DNA of 63,000 nt, filler included, from Gonapodya sp. JEL0774 (Eukaryota), in assembly GCA_027604505.1 (NCBI GenBank). It is 11 parts of 11 records of this genome, joined end to end, with 100 filler letters (N's around TTAATTAATTAA, not from the genome) between each part and the next. Parts side by side here need not be neighbours in the genome. Positions count along the whole stretch, not along the records: positions 11,534 to 17,190 come from JADIIX010000685.1; positions 17,291 to 22,940 come from JADIIX010000686.1; positions 23,041 to 28,681 come from JADIIX010000687.1; 8 more parts are not named here. The stretch is one strand, 5' to 3'. The notes below the pieces were generated by a model. That model was not told the origin of the DNA, did not search any database, and was given only the letters and a program-made list of their open reading frames with translations. This document shows positions 11,534-24,698 of the stretch, piece by piece (position 1 is the first letter of the stretch; each line of letters begins with the position of its first letter). The translations under genes and the position numbers were made by a program.

Positions 11534-14500
11534 CGACCCAGCTCCTCCTCACGGACGGCGACAGTGCTGAGGCCATGGTGAACGAAACTCGTTTGCTCGA
11601 TCAGCAGTGGGATAAGTTCAGTGTGATCCATTCGAGCGCGTGGATTGTGAAACTTGTGGCGCTCGAGGTGCATGCGTTGTCCCTGAAAGGCTTGAGGAGA
11701 GATGTGGAGACGCTGCTCAAGGTGCGTGCTTGGGGATTTTGATGGGGTTGGTACGTACATTGACTTATTATTACGGGATTGTTACGTGTGATAGTTGCTC
11801 TTTGGAAAGTCTGCGTTCGACGAGATTGAAACGTTGAATGGTTCTTCGGTGACGTTTTTCGAAAACGGGATGGAGCGGACGGACCAGTCGTCGAAGAACT
11901 TGGTTGCCCACATTCTCGACTCCCTGGATCTCTCATTTGCGGGATCAGAAGCGGAGTCACGTGGTTCACTCTCAGGTTATGGTGTGACGGATCTCTCTTC
12001 GTTTTTGAAGCTCAATGATCGTGGATGCTACGTGTACGACGTCAAGGCTGTTTATGCGTTTTTGGTAGCCGAGAAACGCAACATTGAAAGTCAGGGTGTC
12101 ATTCTCGGGCGGCAACGGGAAGATTTCCAAATGGAGATGCGCAACACATTGTACGGGCTTCTTCGCCTCAACTACAACCGAGAGGACTACTTTTCCCGAA
12201 GGCAATTGTTCTCGGCCTGGAGAGAGGTTGCGGAAGTGAGTCTCTCGGCCGGAGTCCTCGACGGACTCCATCCTGGCAGCCGTGAACAGATTCTCTCGGA
12301 TATTGCGGAGTTGGTTCTTCGCAAGATGGCGGATCCAAACACCGAGGGTGATAATGTGGCGTCATTGTCAGCAACATTCGTAATCATCGTTTCTAGACTC
12401 AGGGAAACCGAGGGTATAATATCCGACACAGTTTCATCACGGGGAAACGTATTCGGTGCATCCCGGACCAAGATCCCTCTTGACGTCATCCAATCTCTCA
12501 TCGCGAAGTCGCTTTCCTGTTTGGAGAGTCGAGGTGGCCTCTCATTTGAGTTCCGAGGCAACCTCTACACCTCCACTGTCTATCTTTTGCAAACTGTTTT
12601 GCGGGACGACTTGGACGAGGCCGACGCTCGCTTTTCGGGAATGCTTCCCGAGAGTGATAAGTTCCTGAGAATCGTTGCCAACGATAGCGATTCAGCAGAA
12701 TCGTGGCAGCTGACTGCTATCACACTGTTGGAAACCTTGCTCACGGTGCCTTCGGACAGACAGCTCATTCTTCAAGTACTCTCAGGGTGGAACTACGTTC
12801 GTGCTTTTGTCCGAGTGCTCAAACCCATGGACGAGAGCTTGTGTGCATATATTGGCAACGACGAATACGGTGAGCACCGCTCAGTGATGTCATCGATGGA
12901 TAAATTCTTAGTGAACAACAATGACGCTGTTTCGTGTTTGGCCAGGGTCTGAATCTGCATCTTCATCGTTCATTTATCAACAGCTCATGTCACTCCTTCT
13001 CCGACTAGCTGTGACTCCCGAAGGATCACGAGCCTTGCTGGATAGCGATTTTGTGGAGATTGTGTCCATGATGCGGTTTGTGGAAACGCGCGGCGAAATC
13101 GGCGTGTCTGTGGACGGCCTTGTTCCCGAGGCTGTAGAACGCCATCATAGCCTTGTGATGCCACTGCTCCGTGTACTCAATGGAATATTAGCGAACAACA
13201 TTGAAGATCGCCAGGTGGTCCAGCAGGTTTGTTGAGGAATTTAAAATTGCGAGCGGGGACTTTTCTCATTAAAGCTTGTCGCCGCCCTCTACTGTTGTGG
13301 AACAGTGCGGGGCGTTTGTTCATCGGCACAGCGATTTTATCATTTCCATACTGCGAGATCGCCATCCGACCGTTACTTTAATGTCACTTCGCGAACTGGA
13401 AGAAGTTTCGACACTTTTGTCGAATCTTTCTTCAAACCGAGAACTTTTTGGCATCGAGGTTTGTGAGGAGCTTGCTCTACCACTCTCAAAAGTTCATTCT
13501 AATAGACTCTCTACTTTCTCAAGGTACCTGGTCAAGCCAAAGTGGTTCTGGGAGATCTACTACTTGGGCTGGTATCAAAATACGGGGACTCCAACACATG
13601 GGAGAGCCGTCTAAAGCCAATAGATAACGTCGAGATGGATCGCAATGGCTCTTTTGGTAAGCTTCCCATTCATTCTTGTACAGTGATCCGATTTCGCAGA
13701 CGCTCACATAATTTGTCGAACAGTAGGATCAGGGCGATCGACGAAATTCCAAACAGACGGTCGTGTTCTCGCTCAAAAAATTGTGAAAAATGTACTCACT
13801 TTTGCTCGGCGAGTTGTGGCAACGATGGCACAGGGTTTGTATCTTTAAACCCCTTTTCTTGTGAGAGAGACACATTGACCGTACTAACCGTTCTTGTTTG
13901 TAGAGGGGTTCTTCCTCCCACTCTTCGCTTTCACTCTTGAATTGCCTGATGCCAAATCAACAACTCAAGAATACCATAACGGTGATTTGTGACCTCCAGC
14001 TCGCCTTTGTGCCCGTTCTAAATTTGACCACGATACATATTTACACTTCACGACAATACACAGTGCTTTCACGAACACTGCTTCCCTCTGTTGGGTCATT
14101 GACTTTGGTGTTGCGCTCCTCGCTTTCTACTCTGCAATATCTTTCCGAAGAGTTCATCCAATTGAAGGTTAGAATGGAGGAGTTTGAAGGTGGTCGGTCC
14201 TTCGACCCCACCGAAATATCCGAGGTGATTTTTGACTCACGGATCTGCTGAGTGAAAGCCGGCAGATCGATCTGGGAGGGAATTTGACATGTATATTCTT
14301 TTTTCGGGGAAAGATTGGCTGCGAGATTCAAGAAGTGGATTCCGTTGTACGAAACCCCTTAGCCTCCACACAAGCTCGACAGGCTGTCGCCCTGAAAGGT
14401 TTGGAAAAGATGATCGCGAAACGATCCGGGGACATAGACGACGCATCGTGTGAGCTCTGCGCTCTGTAATATCCATTTCCAACAACTGTCTCATAACTAG

Positions 14501-14984
14501 GTGCATCTTCAGACACTATTGAGCACGCACTATACCTCATATTCCGACATTTAAGCTTCTATTTCCTGGAGTATGTCCCTTCTTCATCGGACAACATGGA
14601 CTCGAGAAACTCAGCCTCTTCACTCCTTTGGCCACCACCACTACCGTCCGCAACGTATACTGCCAACACTACAACAACAAAGCCAACAAGGTCAGAACTC
14701 CAGCGCATGGTCAGTAACCTAAATCGACCAACTGCCTACGCAGATTCCAGCCTGACAGTGATTCTCGAAGATACCAAGCTGAAAAATCCCGTAAGCTCCA
14801 TGGTGTTTCCGTTTTACGATGAGTGGCATTGTTCCTCATGAGTACTCCTTCTCAGCTTGATGGGATTAGCGGGCCAAACGTTCGGCTTCATCGAATTTTT
14901 ATCGAGCATGCCGTAAACGCTTTCGAGACACTGATGAAGAGAGCAGTAAAAAGATACCCAGGCGTTTTGGGTGGGGGAATGTAA
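11534..14984 (+). CDS. NUP192: Nucleoporin Nup192/Nup205, C-terminal part, multi-exon, 5' truncated
   Basis: Long helical exons with FRGNLYTSTVYLLQ, YQQLMSLLLRLAVTPEGSRALLDS, HHSLVMPLLRVLNGIL and TIEHALYLIFRHLSFYF, which I recognise from Nup192/205. Confidence 0.75.
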
Positions 14985-15133
14985 ATTTGGGAAATGATAT
15001 GCCACTCTCGCCTTCCACTGCTCAGGTCTTGAGCGTCAAAAGAAAGACAATATTCGATTGTGTCGGGGCACGCCGAGAACCTGAACCTCGAGCTTCCTCA
15101 GCATCCAAATAAATCTTATTCATTTCCGCCCTG

Positions 15134-17190
15134 ATGCGCTCTCGTGTTCCTGCTGCCCCACAGATCATTCTCGCTCCACCTATTTCCGATGGAGCGTCGG
15201 CTCAGGCACCCGCCAATTTGCGGTACCCACAGGGAGACATCGCTGATGGATTGTACTTCTATCGTGTGAGCATGAGCCGGTCAGACCGTCGCACTGGGAT
15301 TATACGTCCACGTCCAAATAATGTGTCATTCTGATGTTTACAGGAAGCTGACAGTGACACTCTCTCCAGTTTCCTCCTCAGCGTTGGTAGCGAGCTCTTG
15401 GACATTTCTAAAACGAACCATGCGCTCCGTGAGAGACTGGGAATCACTCCCGAATTGATTCACAACCGGGTTGTGGTTCGTTGTTCATGTCACCTTGCTC
15501 CCGATCGTCTGATGATCGTTGAATAAAGTTTCTGACAAGGCAACGGTCTCTCGGCTCCCAGAAGGATATCAGCTTTGGAAACACTATTTCACACCGAAGA
15601 CGCGAATCAACAAAAAACTAGCTATCGACGTCGCTGAGAGTCTTGGTGCGTCGCGGGATCTCGAAATGGAGGCCGCCGTAGACAATGCAATCCGATCAGG
15701 ATCCAAGTTTTCCACCGAGCTCTCATTCAGAGGGCATACGTGAGTATGATTACAGTTGCCACTTTTGCACTCAAACAACGACATTGAAAATTTCCAAATC
15801 GATGAAGATACAAACTTCGCCGCGACAACTACGTGTTTGGGCACCCGGGGAATATCCCTTTTCGATCTTCGCGCGAGTTGGCGATGCACTTGGTGTTTCT
15901 ATATACAACCACGAGCTGGAACTACAGGGATTGTCACTGCAGCTGGTGGGATCTTCATCATATCTTCAGATATCAACGCCTGGCTACAATTCTAACGAAT
16001 CCACTGGAAACTCAGTTGTCCCCGTTATCTTAAACGTCTCTCCAACATGTCCCCCCCTATGGGTGATGGTGAATCTGATCAAAATGCAGATTTTCTTCCT
16101 GGGGACCTTGGATGGATGAAAGTTCAAGCAGCTGATGATGCTACGGCTGGAACATCCTCAACTGGATCTCCCGTCAGTCCGTCAGTGATGTGGCCAATCG
16201 TCGTGATTCGAACTTGTCGTACCAATAGGAATAGCGGATCCCAGATCATGGATAAGCTCTGCTATGTCCGCCTAATGGGGGATATGGACGAGTTCCGAGT
16301 CCCCCAAACGTCCCTGATAAGGTACAGAATGTGTACGGACGCTGACGTGACTGCACCCACGGATCTCGACATACTGAAGCGATGGAAAAACGCCATCGAG
16401 CTCGCCAGACAGCGCTCTCGGATTTGCCTGCCGCTCGGGCAATACGAATTCCACGCAAATGTGGCCTCACGCGGCAAACTCACACCGCTTCAAATGCAGC
16501 GACTTGTCTGCAGTGATAGGGAGCCGCATTTCCGAGGGATCATACGGGGAGATGAGATGTTGACAAGAGGATCGTGGGTCGTAATTGATTGCAGCGAAGA
16601 CCAACCGCGAGCCGAAAGGGAATTACAGGTTGATGTACTTCGCCTTGGTAACATCGGTCGCGATATTCACCAGGACTCCCTGTTCGTTAACGGTGATCTC
16701 GTTGTGATTAAACGTATCACCCTAGACAATGGGGACATACACCATGTTGTTCATTTTTTGAACAAGCCCAGTGAGGTGAGGTGTTTGCGCGAGTTTCTTT
16801 TCCTATGATCTGTCACACTGTTACCTGGATTGACGCGAAACTTCTGTTGTTCAGGAATTCACCGTTGACTTTGAAGATGGAAGTGTGAGCAATGCATTGT
16901 GGGAATCACCAGGACACTTAAAATCACCACATTTACGAAGATTCGTGGACGTTTCTATGATCCTTTCGATGCTGCCATAAAAAGTTCAGCGCCAGACATC
17001 CCTCTCCAATACAAAGATCGGGGTTCTCAATCCGCGGTCATGATATTTGGAGAAAGTACTTTGAACATTATAGAAACCGAGATTTCGGGTCTGTTCAAGG
17101 GCGATGGAGTGGATTACGGAGACGAGATTTTGAATCTATCGAAGGACGGTGTAGTGGATTGCGCAGACCCCAATTCAGAAGGAAACACAA
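15134..17190 (+). CDS. Clr2-like (cryptic loci regulator 2) silencing protein, multi-exon, 3' truncated
   Basis: ISDG, LPEGYQLWKH, RRDNYVFGHPGNIPFRSSRELAMHLVFL...DCHC, FLPGDLGW...MWPIVV and FRGIIRGDEMLTRGSWV follow the fungal Clr2 domain motifs in order. Confidence 0.65.
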
Positions 17191-17760
17191 NNNNNNNNNN
17201 NNNNNNNNNNNNNNNNNNNNNNNNNNNNNNNNNNTTAATTAATTAANNNNNNNNNNNNNNNNNNNNNNNNNNNNNNNNNNNNNNNNNNNNGGAAGGTAAC
17301 GAGCAGGCTGAGAAGACCGCGCATGATTCGAACGTTTGGTGCAGAGGGGAGCTTGCGAGATTAGGACAAGAGTAGTGCGAAAAACTTGAATGGCTTATGT
17401 TCGCCACAGAATGTTCTTGCCACTTGAAAGTTGAGGTCATCACCTAGGGGTTCGCCACACACATTGTTTGCAACCCTCAAGCTTCATCACAAATTGTACA
17501 AATTCGACTAGAGATTGAAAGTTCCCCGTGTACTTCGGCGGTGGTTTGTCTGGAGGTTCTTGTGGGTTCTTGAATGCAAAATTGAACAGAGTTGTATTGA
17601 AACACGTCATCTTTTGCGGCGTCACGGAACCCTTGGAGACTTGTGGCGACTTTCAGGTGATACAAGGCGACACTTCAATAATTTCGTCGTACTTGTCGTC
17701 ACTCCAGCTATACTAATCGCTTGTTCTGCCCTCGTATCCCATCCCCCCCACACCGGCAAC

Positions 17761-19429
17761 ATGAAGCTCCTGTACCTCTTTGCCTTGATTAGCGCGGCTT
17801 TTGGAGTGCTCGGAGGTTTGTTTCAATCTCTACAGCAATCAGGTGTCAGTGGCCTTCATTCCAACCATGCATTGATCAGCTCCCGCGAGAGATAAGCGCC
17901 TTGACAAGCGACAGCAAAACATCGTCAAAACGGTGGTTCAGCCGTCCGTGGTAACAGTGACTGCAACATCCACGCTCGTGAAAACCCAAACCGCTACGAC
18001 GATCTCGGCTGCCACGTGAGTTTAGAATGTTAGACAGAAGTGCAGCACAGAACTTTTAATGCTTCTTTTTAGCGTCTACTCCACCGCTACGGCGGTCGTA
18101 ACGTCGGTTGGTGAGTTTGTTGGGAATCAAGCCACACACACTGCGTGCATTTTGCCTGATCGATGTGTTTTGAATCTTTCCGAAAGTCAATAAAGCTGTA
18201 ACGGTTGCTGCGTTTTCCACTCTTACGGTTCCATCTACGTGAGAAAACTGGCTTTCTTGATCTCTGATTGTGGACGAATGTAAATTTCAGCCTTGATCTT
18301 CTCTTCCGTCAGTGTGACTGTCACGGCGACCTCCACTGCAACTGCAACGGCCACACGCACAGTCTCTGCATTCTTCACGAATGTCGTAACGGTTACTCAG
18401 GCTGTGAAGCAACCCATTACTCTCCCGGTGGTGCGTACGCGGTTCCAGTCCTTGTTGTTTCGCTGTTTCGCATTTTGATCTTTCTTTCCTTCTTAGACTT
18501 CCACCGCGACGGTGCAAGCTTTCACATACATTACTAGCATCGCTACGCAAACTCTCACCGTTAGCGTTTCTACAACGGCAACGTGAGTGGTCACAACGTT
18601 TCGTGTGATTTTTAAAATTTTGATGCGACCTCCAACCTCATTCTGAACGCATCTAGCGCATTCGAAACGAAGACCATCCCAACGGTGTCCGTTGTCACCG
18701 CGGGGCAAACTGTGTCTCTCACTGCGCCAACTGTTGTGATCATCACTCAGGTGAGCTCGTTTGCCGAGAGTTGAAGCCGAGATTTGTATCGAACTTTCTC
18801 CCACTAACCGTCATGGTCGCAGACTATCCCTGTAAAAGCTCCCCCCACCAATGTCAAAGTGAAGAGGTTTGTTGACTTCAGCGCACCCATACTTACAATG
18901 CACTATTAACATATCTCACCACCCGCGAAGTTCTGCGACGGTACTCCCAACAAGCTCTGTAACACCACCTCCAGCAGTTGCACCTTCCAGTGGCATCACC
19001 AAGGCGTAAGCCAGTGTTGTCGCATGCACTGTCGATCGGTGAGGTTGATGAGCTTTCCAACTCGATCATTCACAGCACTGCGGCGCCGGCGTCTCCAACA
19101 CCTGCAAACATACCCACGGGCACTCCATCGGCGTCTGCGTCGGCTTCCGTGTCGATTCCGACCGGAACGCCATCTGCTTCGGCCACGTCGTCAGTATCTT
19201 CCCCGATGGCATCTCCAGGCGGCGGCGGTGGTGGTGCAGGTGGGGCTCCCACTCCAGGGGGTGGAGATGGTGGTCCCCCTGCGGCTCCTGGTGGAGCTCC
19301 CGGAGGAGTTCCGTCAGAGTAAGCAAGAGATTTGTTAAAATCTGGGCCATGATTTGACAAGCACGACTGATTTGTAGCGGCGCTGGCAACCCCGGCAATC
19401 CTCCCAGTGGCTCACCATCGAACCCGTAA
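17761..19429 (+). CDS. Secreted Thr/Val-rich mucin-like protein with Gly/Pro/Ser tail, many short exons
   Basis: Signal peptide MKLLYLFALISAAFGVLG, KR dibasic sites, repeated VTVTATST exons, small Cys cluster (FCDGTPNKLCNTTSSSCTF) and a Gly/Pro-rich end. Confidence 0.7.
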
Positions 19430-19871
19430 TGGTACGTGGTATCCGTGACAGTTTCTAGATACCATTTTTTTGCATTTCTGATACTTTGATATCGTCACAG
19501 GATCCTAGTCCAGGGGAAAGTATTGAGGGCCGACAGTTGTAACAAAAGTATCTTGTGTTTTGCCAAAGATTGTAGTGGTTCGAGCAATAACGATAATGGA
19601 CGAAGCTCTCTGGTGTCTTGCCGTACCATACCATTTGAAGCATCGCGATATGTGGTTTGTTGCCGCGCCAAGCTCTACCAACAATGGGAGCAGATGCTAC
19701 TTGTCGAACTGGAGTGCGTCACGTGGGCGCGTTTCACAAGTGGAAGCCGACTACCGGGCGGAAACGTTTTGTTGCCGGGTGCAGAGGGTGTCACCCATTG
19801 CAGGTCTGCTGGCGGCCTCCCAACAATTTGCTGCCGATCCAATCTCAAACAATAAGCATCTCTCGCTCGCA

Positions 19872-21702
19872 ATGCCGGCGCCAAACACCTTTCCGCTTCC
19901 GGGCTCGCTTATCCACGTTTCCCACTTACCATACCCGCCGCCCTCTCCTGATCCGGGTTCCACGTTGAGGGTTCTGCACTGGAACATCGAACGCTGCTAC
20001 CAACTTGAGCGCATCTTGGCCGAGCTCGAAAAGCTCGAGCCCGACATACTCTGTCTTCAAGAAGTGGATATTGGATGCAAGAGGAGTGGAGAAGTAGACG
20101 GGCTGGAGGAAATCGCCAAGAGATTGAAAATGGATGGTTGGGGTGTTGTGGAGTTTTGGGAGATCGAGAGCCCTCTGAGACCGGAGAACAACCAGGTGAG
20201 ACGTGTTTCGAATTGATATGCATGTTTTTGACATGAGTTTGGGGATCTTTCGGTCCTCAACGTTCTCGGGCCACTTGAGAGTAGATTTGCGGGAGGACGA
20301 AACGACGTCATTCCCCCCTCATCAATAGCTCATATATATCACTCATCAAACCTTGTTCTTAGGGCGGTGGCGTCCACCTCAACGCTATTTTATCGCGTTT
20401 CCCTCTCCTTAACCCTCGAGCCATCGAACATCGGCACTCAAACGTTGACTGGGATGTGGAAGGAGATCGGTTCAACGAACCAAGACTTGGCAGACGCTAC
20501 ACGGTTGCAGCGGAGGTCGACTGGTGTGGAAAAAGAGTCGGTTTGTGGAGTGCCCATCTGGAACCGGTGAGTTGAGCGAGAGAAACGAGCAAAGAGGAAC
20601 GTTCAGCAAGTTTGAGAGTCATTAACACACCACCATGTTAGGTAAACTGCAATATCTCCATACGCCTCCTTCAACTTTCAGACCTAATTTGTGATAGCTG
20701 GCAGAGGTTAAATGCTGGGGTCATCCATCAACTCATCTCAGGGGACTTCAACACCATGGCGCATGGTGTGGCGAGGCTGAGCCCTGCGCATTGTACAGGC
20801 ACGTTACGTTAGATGTAATCCGGTTATCTTCGAGGTGGCGGTTGGTAAACGTTCTGTATCCCTGTCTCGCACACCTGCTGGCGTCAGATTCAAACCGGTG
20901 GTATACACTTGGGTACTCGGAACCCCAAATCTGGCTAGATTATGTGTTCTCCCAATTGCCCAGTTCTTTCTCTCCCGAAAACGCTGCCAAACTTTCACTA
21001 CCTGCTGCCCGTCTCATATCTCCTGCCGCAATGCTCTCTCGACTTCCCGAACCTTCAAAGTACCCTTCGCTCCTTCCACCAAACGACCGCCTCAACCACG
21101 ATCCAATACCTTACCTCTCCAACCCCTCACATCTTGTTCCTTGCTTCCCTCCAACAACCACAACCATCTTTGTACCCCGCGCCTACAACTTCTTTGGCGC
21201 TCTGGACTCGATTCTGGTGCGCGGGCTCCGAATCGTACAACGACGAATAGGCAACGACGACTACTCAGCGTCGGATCACAAGTGGTTGATAGTTGAAGCC
21301 GTACCGAGAGACAAAGCCGTAGCGGAGTCGTGGGAGGAGGTACCAGGACACCCAGGGTTCCGAGTCGCGGTGGATGCCACGGGAATGCCCATCGTACACG
21401 GATACGAGTGTCCGCGGGACCCATTGTTGCGTCCAATTGTTCCAGCCTTCCCTCTGTCGGAGGGCGCAAGTTGGTTGAGCAGGGTTGCACGGGACGCTTT
21501 GGTGTGTGCGACGCCGTGGAACTCTGTTTGGTGGAGAGAACTTCAAAGAGAACGTTGGTGCTACTACGAACTATCTGGAGGAAAGGTGAGATTCGAGCTT
21601 CCCCAGTTCGGGTTGTTTGGTGGAATGGGAGCGGTCGCCCTACTCGTGGGCATGACAGTTGCAGTCGCTGGAACACATATTCGCGCACCGAGACTAGGAT
21701 AG
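19872..21702 (+). CDS. Endonuclease/exonuclease/phosphatase (EEP) family protein with C-terminal TM segment
   Basis: LRVLHWNIER, PDILCLQEVD, HLE, GDFNT, LDSILVRG and SDH motifs in order; hydrophobic C-terminus. Confidence 0.85.
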
Positions 21703-22134
21703 AACTGCATGCATTTTCTTTATTACTTGTATGAACCAGTGATATCGGAGATCGACGGAAGTTGACGGTCCGTCAGCACTATTAAAGTATTCCGACTCGA
21801 ACAAGGCCAAACATCATTCATCGCCATCAACAGATAATGTCTTCATTTCATTATTGTATTCTTCGAGTGATGACGTCACACGTAGCTGGGAGGGTAGGTC
21901 TCCGTTGATTGAACCACACTAGCACAAGGCCGCCTGGATCGCCGCTTACAATTCTACATGAATTCAGCCAACTCATCTCTCAAAAATTCGTATTTTATTT
22001 GGATGGAACAGAAAATTCTCATCACCTTTCCCCCAAAGCTGAGTGGGGTCCGCCGGAGAAAGGAGTATTGCCGTGCCCCAAAACTGCACCCTTGAAAACC
22101 GTCAGGGTCGTTTTCCGAGTCGACTGGACGAGCA

Positions 22135-22940
22135 ATGGGCGACGATGCTGATTCAAGCTACAGATTTTTCAAAGGCCATGGACGGATGCCTTCGTTTCAG
22201 GATATTCAATCGCTGCCTGGCAGAGCAGCCGTGCGCGCCGCCGGGATGCTTGAACCGCTTCAATCACGGCTTCGTTCCTACGGCTCTATGGACACTCAAC
22301 CTCAAAATATATGCTTCAGTGCAACGGTAGTGGCCTCGTCCATCACGTCGCCGGCTAGAGTTGCTGAGTGCCGAAAACGGAAAGCGGAAGCTGAATGGCA
22401 CTCAGACGAGGACGGGAAGGAGATAATGACACGACGAGTATCTCGTGCATCTCTGTGGAGTGTCGGGGACTTGGATGACTTGAAAATGACTCCCTCTGCG
22501 GAAAAGGACCCTCGAGACATGAGCGAAGAGCTGGACTTGTCAGATGCCCAAAAGCCCTCTGCCCACCGAGGGCCATACCGACTACCGCCCTATATTCACA
22601 CTCACCAAGAAGTGCACCTACCACCGCACTTGAAGGAGCCGGCAAAGCCGCTCGTGTATCAAGCGCCTCTGTGGGCCCCGGCGAACGTAGACAAACTCAC
22701 AACGCACTTTTGGGATGTGCCCATCTGGATGCAGGACAATTATTTTATTCTCTCTGGGTGAGCCCATGACCAGTCGGACCAGCACCGCTTGATGGTAACT
22801 GAAAGCCGCGCTGAATGCGTACTCATTCAATCGTCCAGCTACCGCCGTCCCACAAACAACCACCTTCAATCCTTCTTCACCATGTTCCACATCCACAACG
22901 AAACCGGCAATATTTGGACGCATTTTCTCGGCTGCCTCGC
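22135..22940 (+). CDS. PAQR / haemolysin III (IZH, adiponectin-receptor-like) protein, 3' truncated
   Basis: PIWMQDNYFILSG|YRRP...FHIHNETGNIWTHFLG is the PAQR N-terminal signature. Confidence 0.9.
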
Positions 22941-23040
22941 NNNNNNNNNNNNNNNNNNNNNNNNNNNNNNNNNNNNNNNNNNNNTTAATTAATTAANNNN
23001 NNNNNNNNNNNNNNNNNNNNNNNNNNNNNNNNNNNNNNNN

Positions 23041-24431
23041 AGGGGTCGGTCGGTAAGAATGTTGTACAGGAGGGTGGGAGATGCAGACGCTGCAGCAATG
23101 ATGGCAGACGAGGTGGTTGGAAGTTCATCCAAGACTACTTTGCAGAGCTCAAGGTCTCGTAGCTGAGATGGGTCCCACAGTTCGTCCTGATCCTCCTCTG
23201 CAGACATGCGTGATGGTTGTTGGAACGGCAGGGGAGCAAGTGATGCTGTTACTGCCCGCGACCGCTTCGCAAACTCCTCCACTATGCCGTCATAATCTTC
23301 TTCCAGACTGACGAGACTCAGTGGCCCTTCCTGTGTCCGTACCCCGCCCCGGCTGTTCACGATAATAAGCCTCGCCGGGTCCGCAAGTCGAGTATCCGCG
23401 ACCAATGCTTGGGCCAGAGCCTGCAAAGCGGATGATGAGGAAAGAGGTACATGCGGAGAGGAGGCGAGTGGGGTGATGACGGGGGTTTGGTGCATGCGAA
23501 GGGCAGCGTGAATAGTTGTGAGTGAAACACCGAGTTGACGATCGTTGGGACCCAGTTTAGAGCTTGCAGTGTTGCTACCGTCTGCAAAATAGAACACTCC
23601 GTCGTACACGGGCATTCCCCGACCTCCAGATCGATCCAATACGTTCGCCACGCGCACAGCCTCGTGGAGTGCTCGATCGCGAACTTCTTTGGTGTTCACT
23701 GAGCTCGCTATCGATTGACTTCTAAAGTGTAGAGCACTGGTGCCTGGCTCTCCGAGTACCACGATTGTGGTGAGTCCCAATTTCTGAAGGTACACAAGTG
23801 TTGTCGCGAATGACTCGAGGTCTGCGCGAGGGAGGCCGGTTTCCACAAGAACAATCGCGAGATTGTCGATGCGGTCGGGAGTGTCAATAAGGGGATGCGA
23901 TGGGAAAGGCTTAGATGATGTTTCGGTACGATGGCGTGGACCAGTCCTCATGTGGGTTTTGGGAGGAGGGAGGGATTTGGAAAACTTCTGGAGGAAGGAG
24001 CGTGCTTCACGAGGAGAAGGTGCAGAGGATAGCACTTTTACGTAGAAGTCCTTCGCGTGGCAGATTCGATGAGTAATTGTGTTGGAGTCGAATGACATTG
24101 ACAAAAATCATACCCGTTCCTTGAGAATCTCCTTGGTACTTCCTTCTGTTTCAGTCCCCACATTGCCATCGTCTTCCGTAACATCCTCCTCTTCCTCAGC
24201 TGGCTTCATTTGCCCATACGGGGAGGGAGACAATCGAAACTCCCTCCTTACGATTCCCGAAAAGGATTCCCGCACGCTTGGACGTACTGGAGACAGAGAC
24301 AAGCCAACAAGGCGCGAGTGCGTGTGGAGCTGAATGATTGAATTAAATTTCTGTGGGTTTAAAACGATCATGGTATTGTCGAATATGTACTGTTCTGATG
24401 CCCGCTCACCGATGCAGCTCCGAAGAGCCAT
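23041..24431 (-). CDS. ARG2: Mitochondrial amino-acid acetyltransferase (N-acetylglutamate synthase), 3' truncated
   Basis: DFYVKVLSSAPSPREARSFLQKF, LQKLGLTTIVVL, LIIVNSRGG and LYNILTDRP match fungal Arg2; Arg/Ser-rich N-terminus. Confidence 0.75.
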
Positions 24432-24698
24432 TGCGAGTACATGATTCACGAGCAAGACGGGCACACCCTATCGAAGTTTTAGCACGTGAGAGTTGTTCAT
24501 ATGCGGGATTGTTGTGAGAGCGGAATCGGCGGAATCGCCTGCGCCACTACTCCACCGGCAGAGTCCACCTCTCGATGCTTGAAAATTGGCAAAGACTGCT
24601 TTCACAAGCTCGTTTTACTTTAGAAATATCGTTTGCGAAACAGGGCGTCAGTGTTAAGCATAGGAACAGCGAGTGAGGCCTTGTGTCCTTCCGCAATA

